DNA of 64,000 bases from assembly GCA_038087875.1 (NCBI GenBank), contig CM075992.1, forward strand, positions 11,100,001 through 11,164,000, written 5' to 3'. Below, one piece after another: positions 1 to 12,400 of the stretch. Position numbers and translations under genes: made by a program. The stretch is from Malacoraja senta (Eukaryota). Position 1 is the stretch's first letter. Each line of letters opens with the position of its first letter. Under the pieces are notes generated by a model. It did no database searches and was not told the DNA's origin. It saw only the letters and a program-made list of their open reading frames with translations.

Positions 1-248
1 GCTCGTTCCTGCTGGAGGCCGCTCCACGTTGCCCAGCCCCAACGACAACGGAGACCCGACAAAGAAAAGGTCGGGTCTCCCGTGCAGGGGAAAGATTTTA
101 AATGAAAGTATGAGAATGGGAAGGGAAGTTAATATGGTTAGCAACTGGGAGATCCACTCTTGGCGGAACGGGTGTAAGTGTGCGGTGATTCGGTCATCTC
201 ATCTATACTTGGTCTCGTTGATGCTAAATATTTTTTCTCTCTCACCAG

Positions 249-407
249 CCCACTGATAAAAGACCAAAGTGTGTCTTCTGGAACAGCGCAGCCTTCAGCT
301 GGTGCACTCAAGGCTGCCAATTGGTCGAGTTCAACCCAACACACACAGTGTGCAACTGTACGCACCTGACAAGCTTTGCGGTGCTCATGGCCCTGGTTGA
401 AATAGAG
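249..407 (+). CDS. ADGRE-like exon: GPS motif of the GAIN domain and tethered-agonist (Stachel) peptide
   Basis: ctcaccag|CCC...GAG|gtacag, 159 nt. Translates [53 protein letters not shown]. Not shown in the ORF track. Confidence 0.93.
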
Positions 408-3400
408 GTACAGTCCGCACGGGCCAGGGTTGTGAGTGGGAGGTGTCTAAAATCATGGGGGCTATAGTTAAGGTGAATAGCTACAGACCGTTCCCCAGGG
501 TAGGGGAGTCTAATCCTAAAGGGACAGACTTAAGGGGGGAGGGGATAGATTGAAATGAGACACGAAGGTAGATGGTGTACTTATGGAACAGGCTGCCAGA
601 GAAAGTGGTAGAGGAAGGTACAAGTATACTACTTAAGAGACACATACAGGTACTTGGATAGGAGAGGTTTGGAGGAATATGGGCAAACACAGGCAAATGG
701 GACTAGCTCAGTTAGGCATGGTCAGCATTGACGAGTTGAGCCGGAGTTTCTGTTTCCTTTCTCTATGGCTCCATGAACCTTTGTGATAGAGTGATAGAGC
801 TACACAGTATGGAAACTGGCTGTTCAGCCTACATTGTCCATGCCAACCAGCTTGGTATTTGGGGTTAGTTCCATTTCCTTAAATATGGCCCACAGCACTC
901 CTAAACCCTTCCTATCCTTATATCTGTCCAAAACCCTTTTGGAAGTCCTAAGTAATTGTGTCCACTTCTATTGCTTTCTCTGGCAGCTCGTTGCAGATAC
1001 TGGCTCCCACTTGAGTGAAAAAGCTGCCTCAGAGGATCCTCTTAAACCTCGCCCCTCTTAACTTAAGCCTATGCCCTCTAGTTTTACTATCTTGGGAGAA
1101 AGACTGAGCCACTAAGGTCACCCCTCAGCCTCTGACACTCCAAAGAAAAAAGTCCCAGCCTCTCCCTATATCTCAAGCCAACAAGTCCAGGCAACATCCT
1201 GGAGAATCTCTTCTGTGTCCTTTCCAACATAGTGACATCCTTCTGGTAGCTGGCAACCAGAACTGCATAGAGTATTCCATTTGTGATCTCACCATTGACA
1301 CGTACAGGTGTATCATGATAAACCAACCATTGTACTGAATACCCTTCCCAATGAAGGCAAGCGCGCCAAATATTTTCTTCACTACCCCGTCGACCTGAAC
1401 CATTACTCTCAAGGAACCATTCACCGAGATGTTCTTTTACCTTCAAAATAGTTATGGATAAAGATGGGTGAGGGAGTGGTCACAAGCCTTGCCCTTCACC
1501 CTAACAGGAACATGCTGCCCCTGTGCTCTTGCTATCTCACATTTGGAAGCCTCCCACTTGCCAGTTCTCCTTACCAGCAAACAGATTCTCCCCATTGACC
1601 TCTGCAAGTTATCACCTCATGGCTCTGAAATGACCTTGCCCCAATTTAGGACCTTAACTTTGAAGTAGTCCTACATAACTACTTTAAAACTAATAGAAGT
1701 ATGGTCCTAAATTCTCCCCTCCATCCCCACCACTACTGAAACTTGTTCCCTAAAAGGAAGTCCAGTGTTTTGCCCTCTCCATAGGCCCCATGCAGGGCTT
1801 TCTTTGACAGATTTAACCAATTCAATCCTGTCCAGACCCTTGACACCATGGGAACCCAGTCAATTAAGGAAGTTGGAATCTCCCACTAATACAATCCAAT
1901 TCTTTTTACAGCCATCTGCAATCTCCTGACACATCTCCACTAATTCCCATTGACTATCGGAGGCCTATAATACTGTTCCATCAAAGTGATCATTCCCTTC
2001 CTGGTTCTAAGTTTTACCCATATAGCCTCACTATATGATACCCCTAGAATACCCTCTCTAAGCACTGTAGTTATCTCCTCCCTGATCAAAAAGGCAACTT
2101 CCCCAACACTCCTCTCTTATCTGCATCTCTATCAGCTCTGTAGCATCTGTTTCCTGTACACACTGAGCTGCCAGTCCCGCCCTTCTCTCCAGGGAATACC
2201 CACAAGGAATTCCGGGAACTCACCACTCTCTGTGAGAAGAAATTTCTAGCAACTTAGCTTTAAGTGGTGTCCCCCTGTCATATAACTATGTCTACTTATT
2301 CATGTCTCCCCACTGATGGAAACGTCTCAATGGCTGCCTGTCACACCCCGACGATTCTTCTGGAGTTGAGAAGAATGGAGCTGGCATTCTTCTCAACTCC
2401 ACCCAATACAGATTGAATTTCTTAAGCTGATTATAATTACAACCCTCTCAGAGAACCAATCCATTAACTCTTTAGATAGACACAAAATTCTGGAGTAACT
2501 CAGCGGGACAGGCAGGATCTCTGGAAAGAAGGAATAGGTGTTTCAGTTTGTGACCCTTCTTCAGACTGAGAGTCAGAGGAGAGGGAGACATAGAGATATA
2601 GAAGGGTGCGATGTGACTCCAGCATTTTGTGTCGATCTTTAGTGTAAACCAGCATCTCCAGTTCCTTCCTGCATAATACCCATTAACTATTTCTTGGACT
2701 GTCCAATACCACTGGATCATTTTTAAATAAAGGAAGCAAAAACTGTGCACAGCTGTGGTAACCAGGTTAGAGGATCTGCAAATGGAAGAAGTGATGGGAA
2801 GATAGAGGTTATGACCAGTAAATCTTCAAGGAAGGACAGGCAGGAAGAGGTTTAACTGGCTTACTGATGGGAGACCGTGGGTTATGGGGAGAGGACAATA
2901 TTCAGGCTGGAGATCTGTGACCAATAGTGTTCCACAGGGAACTGTGCTGGGACATCTGGTGTTTAGTTTATAGTTTAGTTTAGAGATACAGCGATGAAAC
3001 AGGCCCTTCGGTCCTCCGGGTCCATGCCGACCAGAGATCCCTGCATATTAACACTATCCTACACACACCAGGGATAAATTTACATTTACCAAGCCAAATT
3101 AACCTACTTACCTGTACGTCTGTTGAATGCGGTAGAAAACCGAAGATCTCAGAGAAAACCCCATGCAGGTCACGGGGAGAACGCACAAACTCTGTACATA
3201 CAGCACCCATTGTCGGGATCGAACCTGGATCTCCGGCACTGCGAGCGCTGTAAGGCAGCAACTCTAACTACACTGTAAGGCCGCCACCCTGCCGCCCTGG
3301 TGTTTGCGATATACATAAATGATTTGGACATAAACATAGATTGGTTGGTTAGTAAGTTTGCCAATAACACAGGGGTGGCACAGTGATGCAAGGGTAGAGT

Positions 3401-6400
3401 TGCTGCCTTACGGCTCCAGACACCCGGAATTGTGCTGTACGCTTCGGCGTCCATGACACTGTTGTGCCATTTTCGTCGCACCAGGATGTAATCTAGCTGG
3501 CACTTTTCTTCTGTGCACCAGTCCTGATGTGTCCACAGCTTTCCTTGGCACCTTTTGAACATGATGTTGGCTGCTAGGAGTCTATACTCCTGGAGAAAGC
3601 TGCCAAGTTGTTGACCATTCCGGTTAGTGTCACCAGTGTGATAGATGTAACAGGCATCCTCCAGTCCGAGGCGGACATTGAAGTCCCCAAGCACAGCCAG
3701 AAAATTGTGCACAGGTACTCGCTCCATCGCAACTTGGAGGACAAGGGACACAAAACTGCTCACAATGCTCTGACAGTGCCTCATAAAGCCTCAGCATTAC
3801 ATCCCTATTTTTATATTCTAGCTCTCTGGAAAGAAATGCTAACATTGTATTTATTTTCCTTACTACCAATTCAACGTGCAAATTAACCTTTTGGGAATTC
3901 TGCTCCAGCATTCCTATGTCCCTCCGCACCTCCACTTTCTGAATCCTCTGCCCATCTAGAAAATAGTCTACTAGCAAAATATTCCTACTCCCAAAGTGCA
4001 TGACTGCACACTTTGCTATGGTGTATTCCCTCTGCCACTTCTTTGGCCACTCTCTCAACCTATCCAAGACCTTCTGCAGAATCCCTGCCTCGCTGACACT
4101 ACCTACCCCTCCACCTATCTTCGTTTCATCCACAAACTTGACCACAAAGCCTTCAATTCCATCATCCAAATCATGAATATACAACGCCAAGTCTAGCGGC
4201 CCCAAACCAACCCATGCGGATCTCCACTAGTCACTGGCAGCCAACCAGAGAAAGCCCCCTTTATTCCCACTCTTTGCCTCTATAATCTTAACAACCATTG
4301 AAGTCAGGCTAATCGGCCTATAGTTTCCCCTCTTTTGCTTTGTTGCCTTCTTGAATAGCGGAGTAACATTTGGAATTTTCCAGTCCTCTGGGACCACTCC
4401 TGACTCAAGTAATTCTTGAAAGATCACCAGTAATGCCTCCACAATCTCTAATGCTATCTCTTTCAGAACTGTGGGGTGTTGTCCATCTGATCCAGGTGAC
4501 TTATCCACCTTCAGACCTTTCAGCTTCTCTTTAGTAATAGCAACTCCACTATCTTCTACCCCCTAACTCTCTTGAAATACAGACATGTTGCTGGTGTCTT
4601 CGTCTGTAAAGACTGGTACAAAAAACGTATTTAATTCATCTGCCATTTCATTATTCCNNNNNNNNNNNNNNNNNNNNNNNNNNNNNNNNNNNNNNNNNNN
4701 NNNNNNNNNNNNNNNNNNNNNNNNNNNNNNNNNNNNNNNNNNNNNNNNNNNNNNNNNNNNNNNNNNNNNNNNNNNNNNNNNNNNNNNNNNNNNNNNNNNN
4801 NNNNNNNNNNNNNNNNNNNNNNNNNNNNNNNNNNNNNNNNNNNNNNNNNNNNNNNNNGTGCTTCTCATACTCCAGGTGCTGCCTCACCACTATGATGGAC
4901 CATAGTCAAAGATCTTCCTTATTTCTAAACATAAAAGTTTTTTGCAATAAGGGCCAATGTGCTATCTTGCCTTCCTAACTACTTTCTTCAGCCTGCTAAC
5001 GTTTTGCAACTCCTGCAGTAGAACACATGACTTCTCTACTTCCGTCATAGAACATATACAAAACATTGAACATAGAATAGTACAGCACAGGAACAGGTTC
5101 TTTCACCCACAAGGTCTGTGCCTAACTTGATGTCAAGAGCAACATATCTGCCGGCATAATCCATATTCCACCATATCCTGCACATCCATGTGCTTATGCA
5201 TAAGTCTATTAAATGCCACTATCGTAACTGCCTCCATCTCCACCCCGGCAACTTGTTCCAGGCACCCACCATCCTTTGTGTAAAAAAAGCCTTGCCCCAC
5301 ACATCTCCTTTAAACTTTGTCCCTCTCACCTTAAAGCTATGCCCTCTAATATTTGACATTTCGATCCTGGAAAATAAGTTCTGACTATCTCCCCTATCTA
5401 TGCCTCATTTGCAACTCTCCTCCATTTAGATAATGTTCTACCTTTGAATTCCTCTTCCAGTGCATGACCTCACATCTTCCACATTAAACTCCATTTCCTA
5501 ACTTTTCGTTCTTCAATCTCTGTAGAGTCAGAGTCATAGAGTCAAAGAGTGATACAGTGTGGAAACAGGCCACTTCCCTGGGCTTGGTCCATATCCCTCC
5601 AAACCTGTCCTTTCCATGTACCTGTCAAACTGTTTCTTAAACAATGGGATAGTCCCAGCCTCAACTACCTCCTCTGGCAGCTTGTTCCATACCCTGACCA
5701 CCCTTTGTGTGAAAAAGGTACCCCTCTGATTCCTATTAAATCTTTTCCTTTTCATCTTGAACCTATGTCCGCTGGTCCTTGATTCCCCTACGCTGGGCAA
5801 AAGACTCTGTGCATCTGCCCGATCTATTCCCCTCTTATACACCTCTACAAGATCCTCCTGTGCTCCATGGAATAAAGAACAAGCCTACTCAACCTCTCCC
5901 TATAGTTCACACCTTCTAATCCTGGCAACATAAATCTTTTCTGAACCCTTTCAAGCTTGACAATATCTTTCCTATAACATGGTGCCCAGAACTGAACACA
6001 ATATTCAAAATGCGGTCTCACCAACATCTTATACAACTGCAACATGACCTCCCAACTTCTGTACTCAATACTCTGACTGATGAAGGCCAAAGTGGCAAAA
6101 GCCTTTTTGACCACATCTACCTGCGACTCAACCCTCAAGGAACCATGCACCTGTACTACTTGATCCCTCTGCTCTACAACACTAACCAGAGACCTACCAT
6201 TTATTGTGTAGGTCCTGCCCTTGTTTGATGTCCCAAAATGCAACACTTCACATTTCTCCGTATTAAATTCTATCAACCATTCCTCCGCCCACTTGGCCAA
6301 TCGATCCAGATCCTGCTGCAATCGTTCACAACCATCTTCACTATCTGCAAAACCACTAACTTTTGTATCATCAGCAAATCTTGCCTTGTATGTTCTCATC

Positions 6401-9400
6401 TATATCAATGATGTAGATGACAAAACAGTACCGGGCCCAGAACCGAACCCTGAGGCACACCACTGGTCACAGGCATCCAGTCTGAGAAGCAATCTTCAAC
6501 CATTACCCTCTGCTTCCTTCCATGAGGCCAATTTGCTATCCATTCAGCTATCTCTCCTTGGATTCCATGCGATCCAACCTTCCAGAGCAGACTACAATGC
6601 GCAACCTTGTCGAACGCCTTACTGAAGTCCATGCACACAACATCTACAGCTCGGCCTTCATCAACCTTTTTGGTCACGTTTTCAAAAAAATCAATCAGAT
6701 TTGTGAGACACGATCTCCCACGTACAAAACCATGCTGACTATCCCTAATCGGCCCTTGCCCATCCAAATGCCTGTATATCCTATCCCTCAGAATACTCTC
6801 CAGTAACTAACCAATTACAGATGTTAAGCTCACTGGCCTATAGTTCCCATCATTTTCCCTGCAGCCCTTCTTGAAAAGAGGTAAAACATTTGCCACCCTC
6901 CGGCCTTCCGGCACCTCTCCTGTATTTAAGGACAACTCGTAAAATTTCAACCAGGGTTCTTGCAATGTTCTCTCGAGTTTCCCACAATGTCCTCAGATAT
7001 ATCAGATCAGGCCCTGGAGATTTGTCTGCCTTCAAACACGACGGTACCTTCAGTACTTCTTCAACAGTAATCCTGACTGCTCTCAAGACACTTCCAGTGA
7101 CTGCTCCAATTTCCTAGGTCCTAATGTCTTTCTCCTCGGAAATACAGAGGAGAAATACTCATTGAGGACCTTGCCCATCTCCTGTGGCTCCACACAGAGG
7201 TGACCGCTTTGATTCCTGAGAGGTCCCACTCTCTCCCCTCCAGGGATGAACTTGATCCCAGCTGCCTATACATGTCCCATGCATCCTTCTTGTTTTTGAC
7301 TAATGTCTCAATTTCCCTCATCAGCCAAGCTTTCTTATGTTTGCCTGCTTTGTCCTTCACTCTAACGGGGACGTACACATCCTGAGCTTTCTTCAGTCCA
7401 CGTTTAAAAACATCCCACTTGGCTGATGTTCCTTTCCCATCTAATAACCTGCTCCAGTTAACTTGAGCGAGACCTTCTCTCATAGCCTCAAACTGGCCTT
7501 ACCCCAGTTGATCATTTAAACACATGACCCTCTCCGTCCCTATCCATAACTATCTTAAACCTAATCGAACTGAGGTCACTGGTCCCAAAAGGCTCATCCA
7601 CACACACTTCATTAACTTGCCCTTCCCAATTTCCCAATATTAGATCCAGCGTTGCCCTCTCACTTGTAGGACCTCCACATACTGCTTAAGAAACCTCCTG
7701 AACAGTTTTGAGGAATTGCACCCCATCTGAACCTTTCACGCTATGATTTTCCCAGTTTATAATGGGAAAGTTGAAATTCCCACCAACAACAACCTTATTT
7801 GACCTGCAGCTGTCTGCAATCTTCCAGCACATTTGTTCTAATAATTCCTGTTCACTATTCGGGGGTCTGTAGTACACCCCCAACAAGGTGATCATCCCTT
7901 TCTTGTTCCTCAGCTCCACCCGTATAGCCTCACCACATGAACCGTCAATAATGTCACCTCTGAACACAGCCGTGACATCCTCCTCTACCAACAATGCAAT
8001 CCCCCCTCCTCTTTTCTCCTCACCCCTGTCTCTCTTGAAGCTCCTGTACCCCGGAACATTGAGCTGCCAGTCCTGCCCCTCCCATAACCAGGTTTCAGTC
8101 ATGGCTACAACGTCCCAGTCGCTCGTATCTATCCATGCCCTAAGCTCATCTGTCTTACCCGTCAGGACCCTTGCAATAAGATACGCGCAGTTTAAACCAA
8201 CCTTCCTTCCTCGCTCTCCTGCCTATTCTGCCCACGAACCTTTACCACACCATCCTCCATACCAACTTCTAGCCTCTCAGTGTCATGTCCTGCACGAGAT
8301 CTCACCCACCTGCCAATCGAGATTAAACCCTCCCGTGTAGCATTAGCAAACCTTCCCGCTGGGATGTTGGTTGCGTTTAGGTGCAACCCGTCCCCTTTAT
8401 TAGATGCAACCCATCCCCTTTTTGCAACCCTGCCCCGGAAGGAATCCCAATTATCCAGAATCCCTGCCCCCTGCACCAACTCCTCAGCCACACATTCATT
8501 TCCCCTGTCTTCTTATTCTTACCTTCACTAGCACGAGGTACTGGAGGCAATCCTGAGATCACTACCCTGCAGGCACTGCTTTTCAGTCTTCTACCCTATT
8601 CCGTAAATTCTTGTTGCAGAACCTCCTTCCTCTTCCGACCTCTATCATTTGTGCCAACATGCACAACAACATCCGGCTGCTACCCCTCACTCTTGAGGAT
8701 GTGGTGCAGCCGCTCCGAGACGTCCTGGACCCTAGCACCAGGGAGGTAACACACAATCCTGGATTCTCTCCTGCTGCAGAATCCAAACATAATTCAGCAT
8801 TTTATTTCATCTGCACCACGGTGGTGCAGCGGTAGAGATGCTGCCTTACAGCGCTTGCAGTACCAGAGACACGGGTTCGATCCTGACTATGGGTGCAGTC
8901 TGTTCGGGGTTTTACGTTCTCTCCGTGACCACGTGGGTTTTCACCGAGTTTCAGTTTCCTCCCACACTACAAATCCGTACAGGTTTGCAGGTTAATAGTA
9001 AGATTCAATGAGAACTTACCAGTTTGAAGTTTGATCTTTATTTTATGAGAAGTCACGGTGAGCGATTACGTGAAGAAGCCCCACCAGGGCGCATGCACGT
9101 CAATCTTCAAAGCAGCGGTGTGAAATCACAGGTAACAACAGTCGAAGTAACATAGTAAGACTCAAATGATTAGAACTCCCAGATGACCTTTGTGATATGA
9201 GGGCCGGGAGCGGTGGGCACGTAATCGCTCACCGTAACTCCTCATAAAATAAAGATCAAACTTCAAACTGGTAAGTTCTCGTTTAATCTTACTATTTTAC
9301 TTCGGATTCACGTGAGTGATTCCGTGAAGATTTCAAAGCTCTGTGATTTCATGCCGTAGATACAGGTCCATACGACATACTGCTTCAGTTGACACAGGAT

Positions 9401-12400
9401 GAACAAATAATGTATTCAACATAGTTCAAATTATACATATTAATGTTTTAATGAACAAAATAAATACTTCTGGCGTGAGGACAGGTTTATTATAAAACCG
9501 TTGAAATGTCCCTTCATTGGACCATCCTGCGGCACCGAGGATTTGGTCTGAAGGGACGTCCAGTGCCCTCGCTGTGGATGTTGATGCCGCCCTGGTGGAG
9601 TGAGATTTAAACACATCAGTGTCCACTCCAGCACAATCCAAAACTTGTTTCAGCCACCTAGAAATGGTCTGTACCGATACCCTTTTATGAGTTTTTTTGT
9701 GACTGATAAGCATCATAATTTCGGAGCCTCTACGGTTCTTGGTGACCTCAATATACTGTCGTAAGTGCGAAACTATAAATAGCCGCAGATCAATGGGATA
9801 TGCCATAAAACTCAGTTTGATCCCAGATGACAGATGGCGCAATGGGCTAAGTGTTCGGCTGGCAACCGGAAGGTAGCCGGTTCGAATCCTGCTTGGAGTG
9901 CATACTGTCGTTGTGTCCTTGGGCAAGATACTTCACCCACCTTTGCCTGCGTGTGAATGTGTGTGAATGTGTGTGAATGTGTGTGAGTGATTGGTGGTGG
10001 TCGGAGGGGCCGTAGGCGCAGATTAGCAGCCACGCTTCCGTCAGTCTGCCCCAGGGCAGCTGTGGCTACAGAAGTAGCTCACCACCACCGAGTGTGACTG
10101 AGGAGTGAATGAATAATGCGATGTAAAGCGCCTTGAGTATTAGAAAGGCGCTAGATATATCCCATCTATTATTATTATTAGATGTCCCTGGCATGCTTTG
10201 TTTGATTAAATCATAGACATAAAATGTAATATTATTTACAGAAGAAACCATGCTGTCCAGTCGTAGTTTTTGCAATGTCTGGACACGTTGCACTAAAACA
10301 AGCGCATGAGCATGACCACTTTAAGTGTGAGTCTTTGCAAAGACAGAGATGTAATTGGAGCCCATTGACGAGGTAGTGTGAGAACTATGCTCACATCCCA
10401 GATTTCCATATACCTAGGCCTAGGAGGATTTCTGTTAAAGATACCCTTCATGAATCGGGACACCAATGGATGAGACCCGACAGAATGTTGTTCCGACCCC
10501 TGCCATAAATAGGAGGACAATGCACTCCTAGCACTATTGATGGCACTATAACTCAATCGCTCATCAAAGTATAATGTGGCAGGGAACTCCAATACATCAG
10601 ATATGATCGCAGTGTGATAGGATATATTTGACTGCAAGCAGAACATCTCCCATTTTTTAAATGAGATACATATTGTTTCTTAGTACTATCCCTCCAGGCC
10701 ACAGTAATCACATCCACCATACGACCTGATAGTCCGAGCCCCAGGAACGGTCTCGTCAGAATCTGCAAATCAACAGATTAATATGATCATGTAAAGGGTG
10801 ACTCTCTCCTGTCACAGGGTGAACCAACAAGTTGCTGCATTTGGGGACAACCATAAATGGCTGTATCATTAGTCTCAGAACCAGTGGGAACCATGGTTGT
10901 GTAGGCCAGTCTGGGACTACCAAAATGCCTGAAGCGGAGTCCTGCTCAATTTTAGTGAGACATCGACTGATGAGGCTGAATGGGGAAAAGCGTAAAAGAA
11001 CATACCACCCCCAATGTAGCGAGAATGCATCTACCGCTACGGCCCCTGGATCCGGCTCCCATGAGACATACTTTGGTAACTGGTGATTTAGCCTGGATGC
11101 AAACAAATCAATGTCTGGCAACCCATACTTGGCGACAACATTTTAAAAAACTTTTGGATTCAACATCCATTCTGTGTTGTCATTGAACTTTCGTGACCTG
11201 GTGTCTGCCACCATGTTATATTTACCTGGTAAGTAGATTGCTGAAACCCAGATGTTCCTTGCAATACACCAATGCCAAATAAGGTTAACCAGCTTATCAC
11301 ATGATAATGACTTAATTCCACCCATGTGATTAACATATGCAACTGCTGTGGTATTATCAATCTGAACATGCAAATCATGCATTGTTGAGCAATACACTTT
11401 TAGGCCATCGAATGCTCCCAACAATTCTAAATAGTTAATACCATGCATCTGAAGGATTAATGCCTCATGCACATTCCATCTGCCGCTGCAGCTAGAATTG
11501 GTATTAGTGGCTCCCCATCCCGAAGCACTCACATCAGTATGTAAAACAACTGAAGGTCGATTAACCAGAATGTCATTAGAGCAACGTGAAACATTCGTTA
11601 TCCACCACTGCAACTCAGTGATAGCTTCAACTGGCAACTGCATGAGTCTATCGAAATGACCTGCATGTGTTTTGAGTGCCTGTTCCTTAGCTCGTTGCAA
11701 ATTATGATAATGTAAAGGCCCAAATTGCACTCCAAGGAAAGCAGCCACTAATTTGCCAATAACACTAGCCACTCGTCGGATGGAGGATTGCTGCTCATCA
11801 ACAAGATTGCTGCAAGCTTCCACTAATTACAATCTCTTGGCTCTTGGCAGAGTCACTGACATGTTAATTGAATCAATGGTGAACCCCAAATAATCAATGA
11901 TTCTTGAATTTGGATTTAGTTGGATGGATGAGGAACCCCAACCTCTCGAACATATGTTTAGTAACTGAAACAGAAAATTCAGCTGCTTCCTGAGTCTTGC
12001 CTATGATTAGAACATCATCCAAATAGGCCATCACAATATGATTCTGAACCCGGAGTAAACCCAATACTGGTTTCAACAACTTTGTAAATAATCTAGGAGC
12101 TGAGGTTAACCCATTAGGTAATGCTTTAAACTGCCACAGTTGTCTCATCCAACTAAATTTCAAATATCTCCAATATTTGTAGTGAATTGGTGCTGAATAA
12201 TATGCATCTTTGAGATCTATACTTGCCATATAACATCCTTTAGAAACCAATTGTTTAGCAGTACCAAAAGTTTCCATTTTTAAATGTTTATACTGGACAT
12301 AGGAATTCAGTCGAGTTAGATCAAGAATGACTCGACACCCACCATCCTTCTTTTGTCTAGGAAATATATTGGACACAAACTGCTGAGGTTGATGAACCGT

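Noticed and set aside
50..81. Perfect 11-bp hairpin GGAGACCCGAC...GTCGGGTCTCC as a terminator or ncRNA
   Set aside because: Eukaryotic intron context. A similar hairpin occurs near 63468-63490 in an interspersed repeat, so it is probably repeat-internal.
9830..9905. tRNA gene
   Set aside because: A/B boxes are the head of a SINE with body, tail and TSD; no complete cloverleaf.
10756..11121. Bacterial or phage Dam methylase acquired by horizontal transfer or contamination
   Set aside because: It is the standard methyltransferase-like domain downstream of RNase H in DIRS1 elements.
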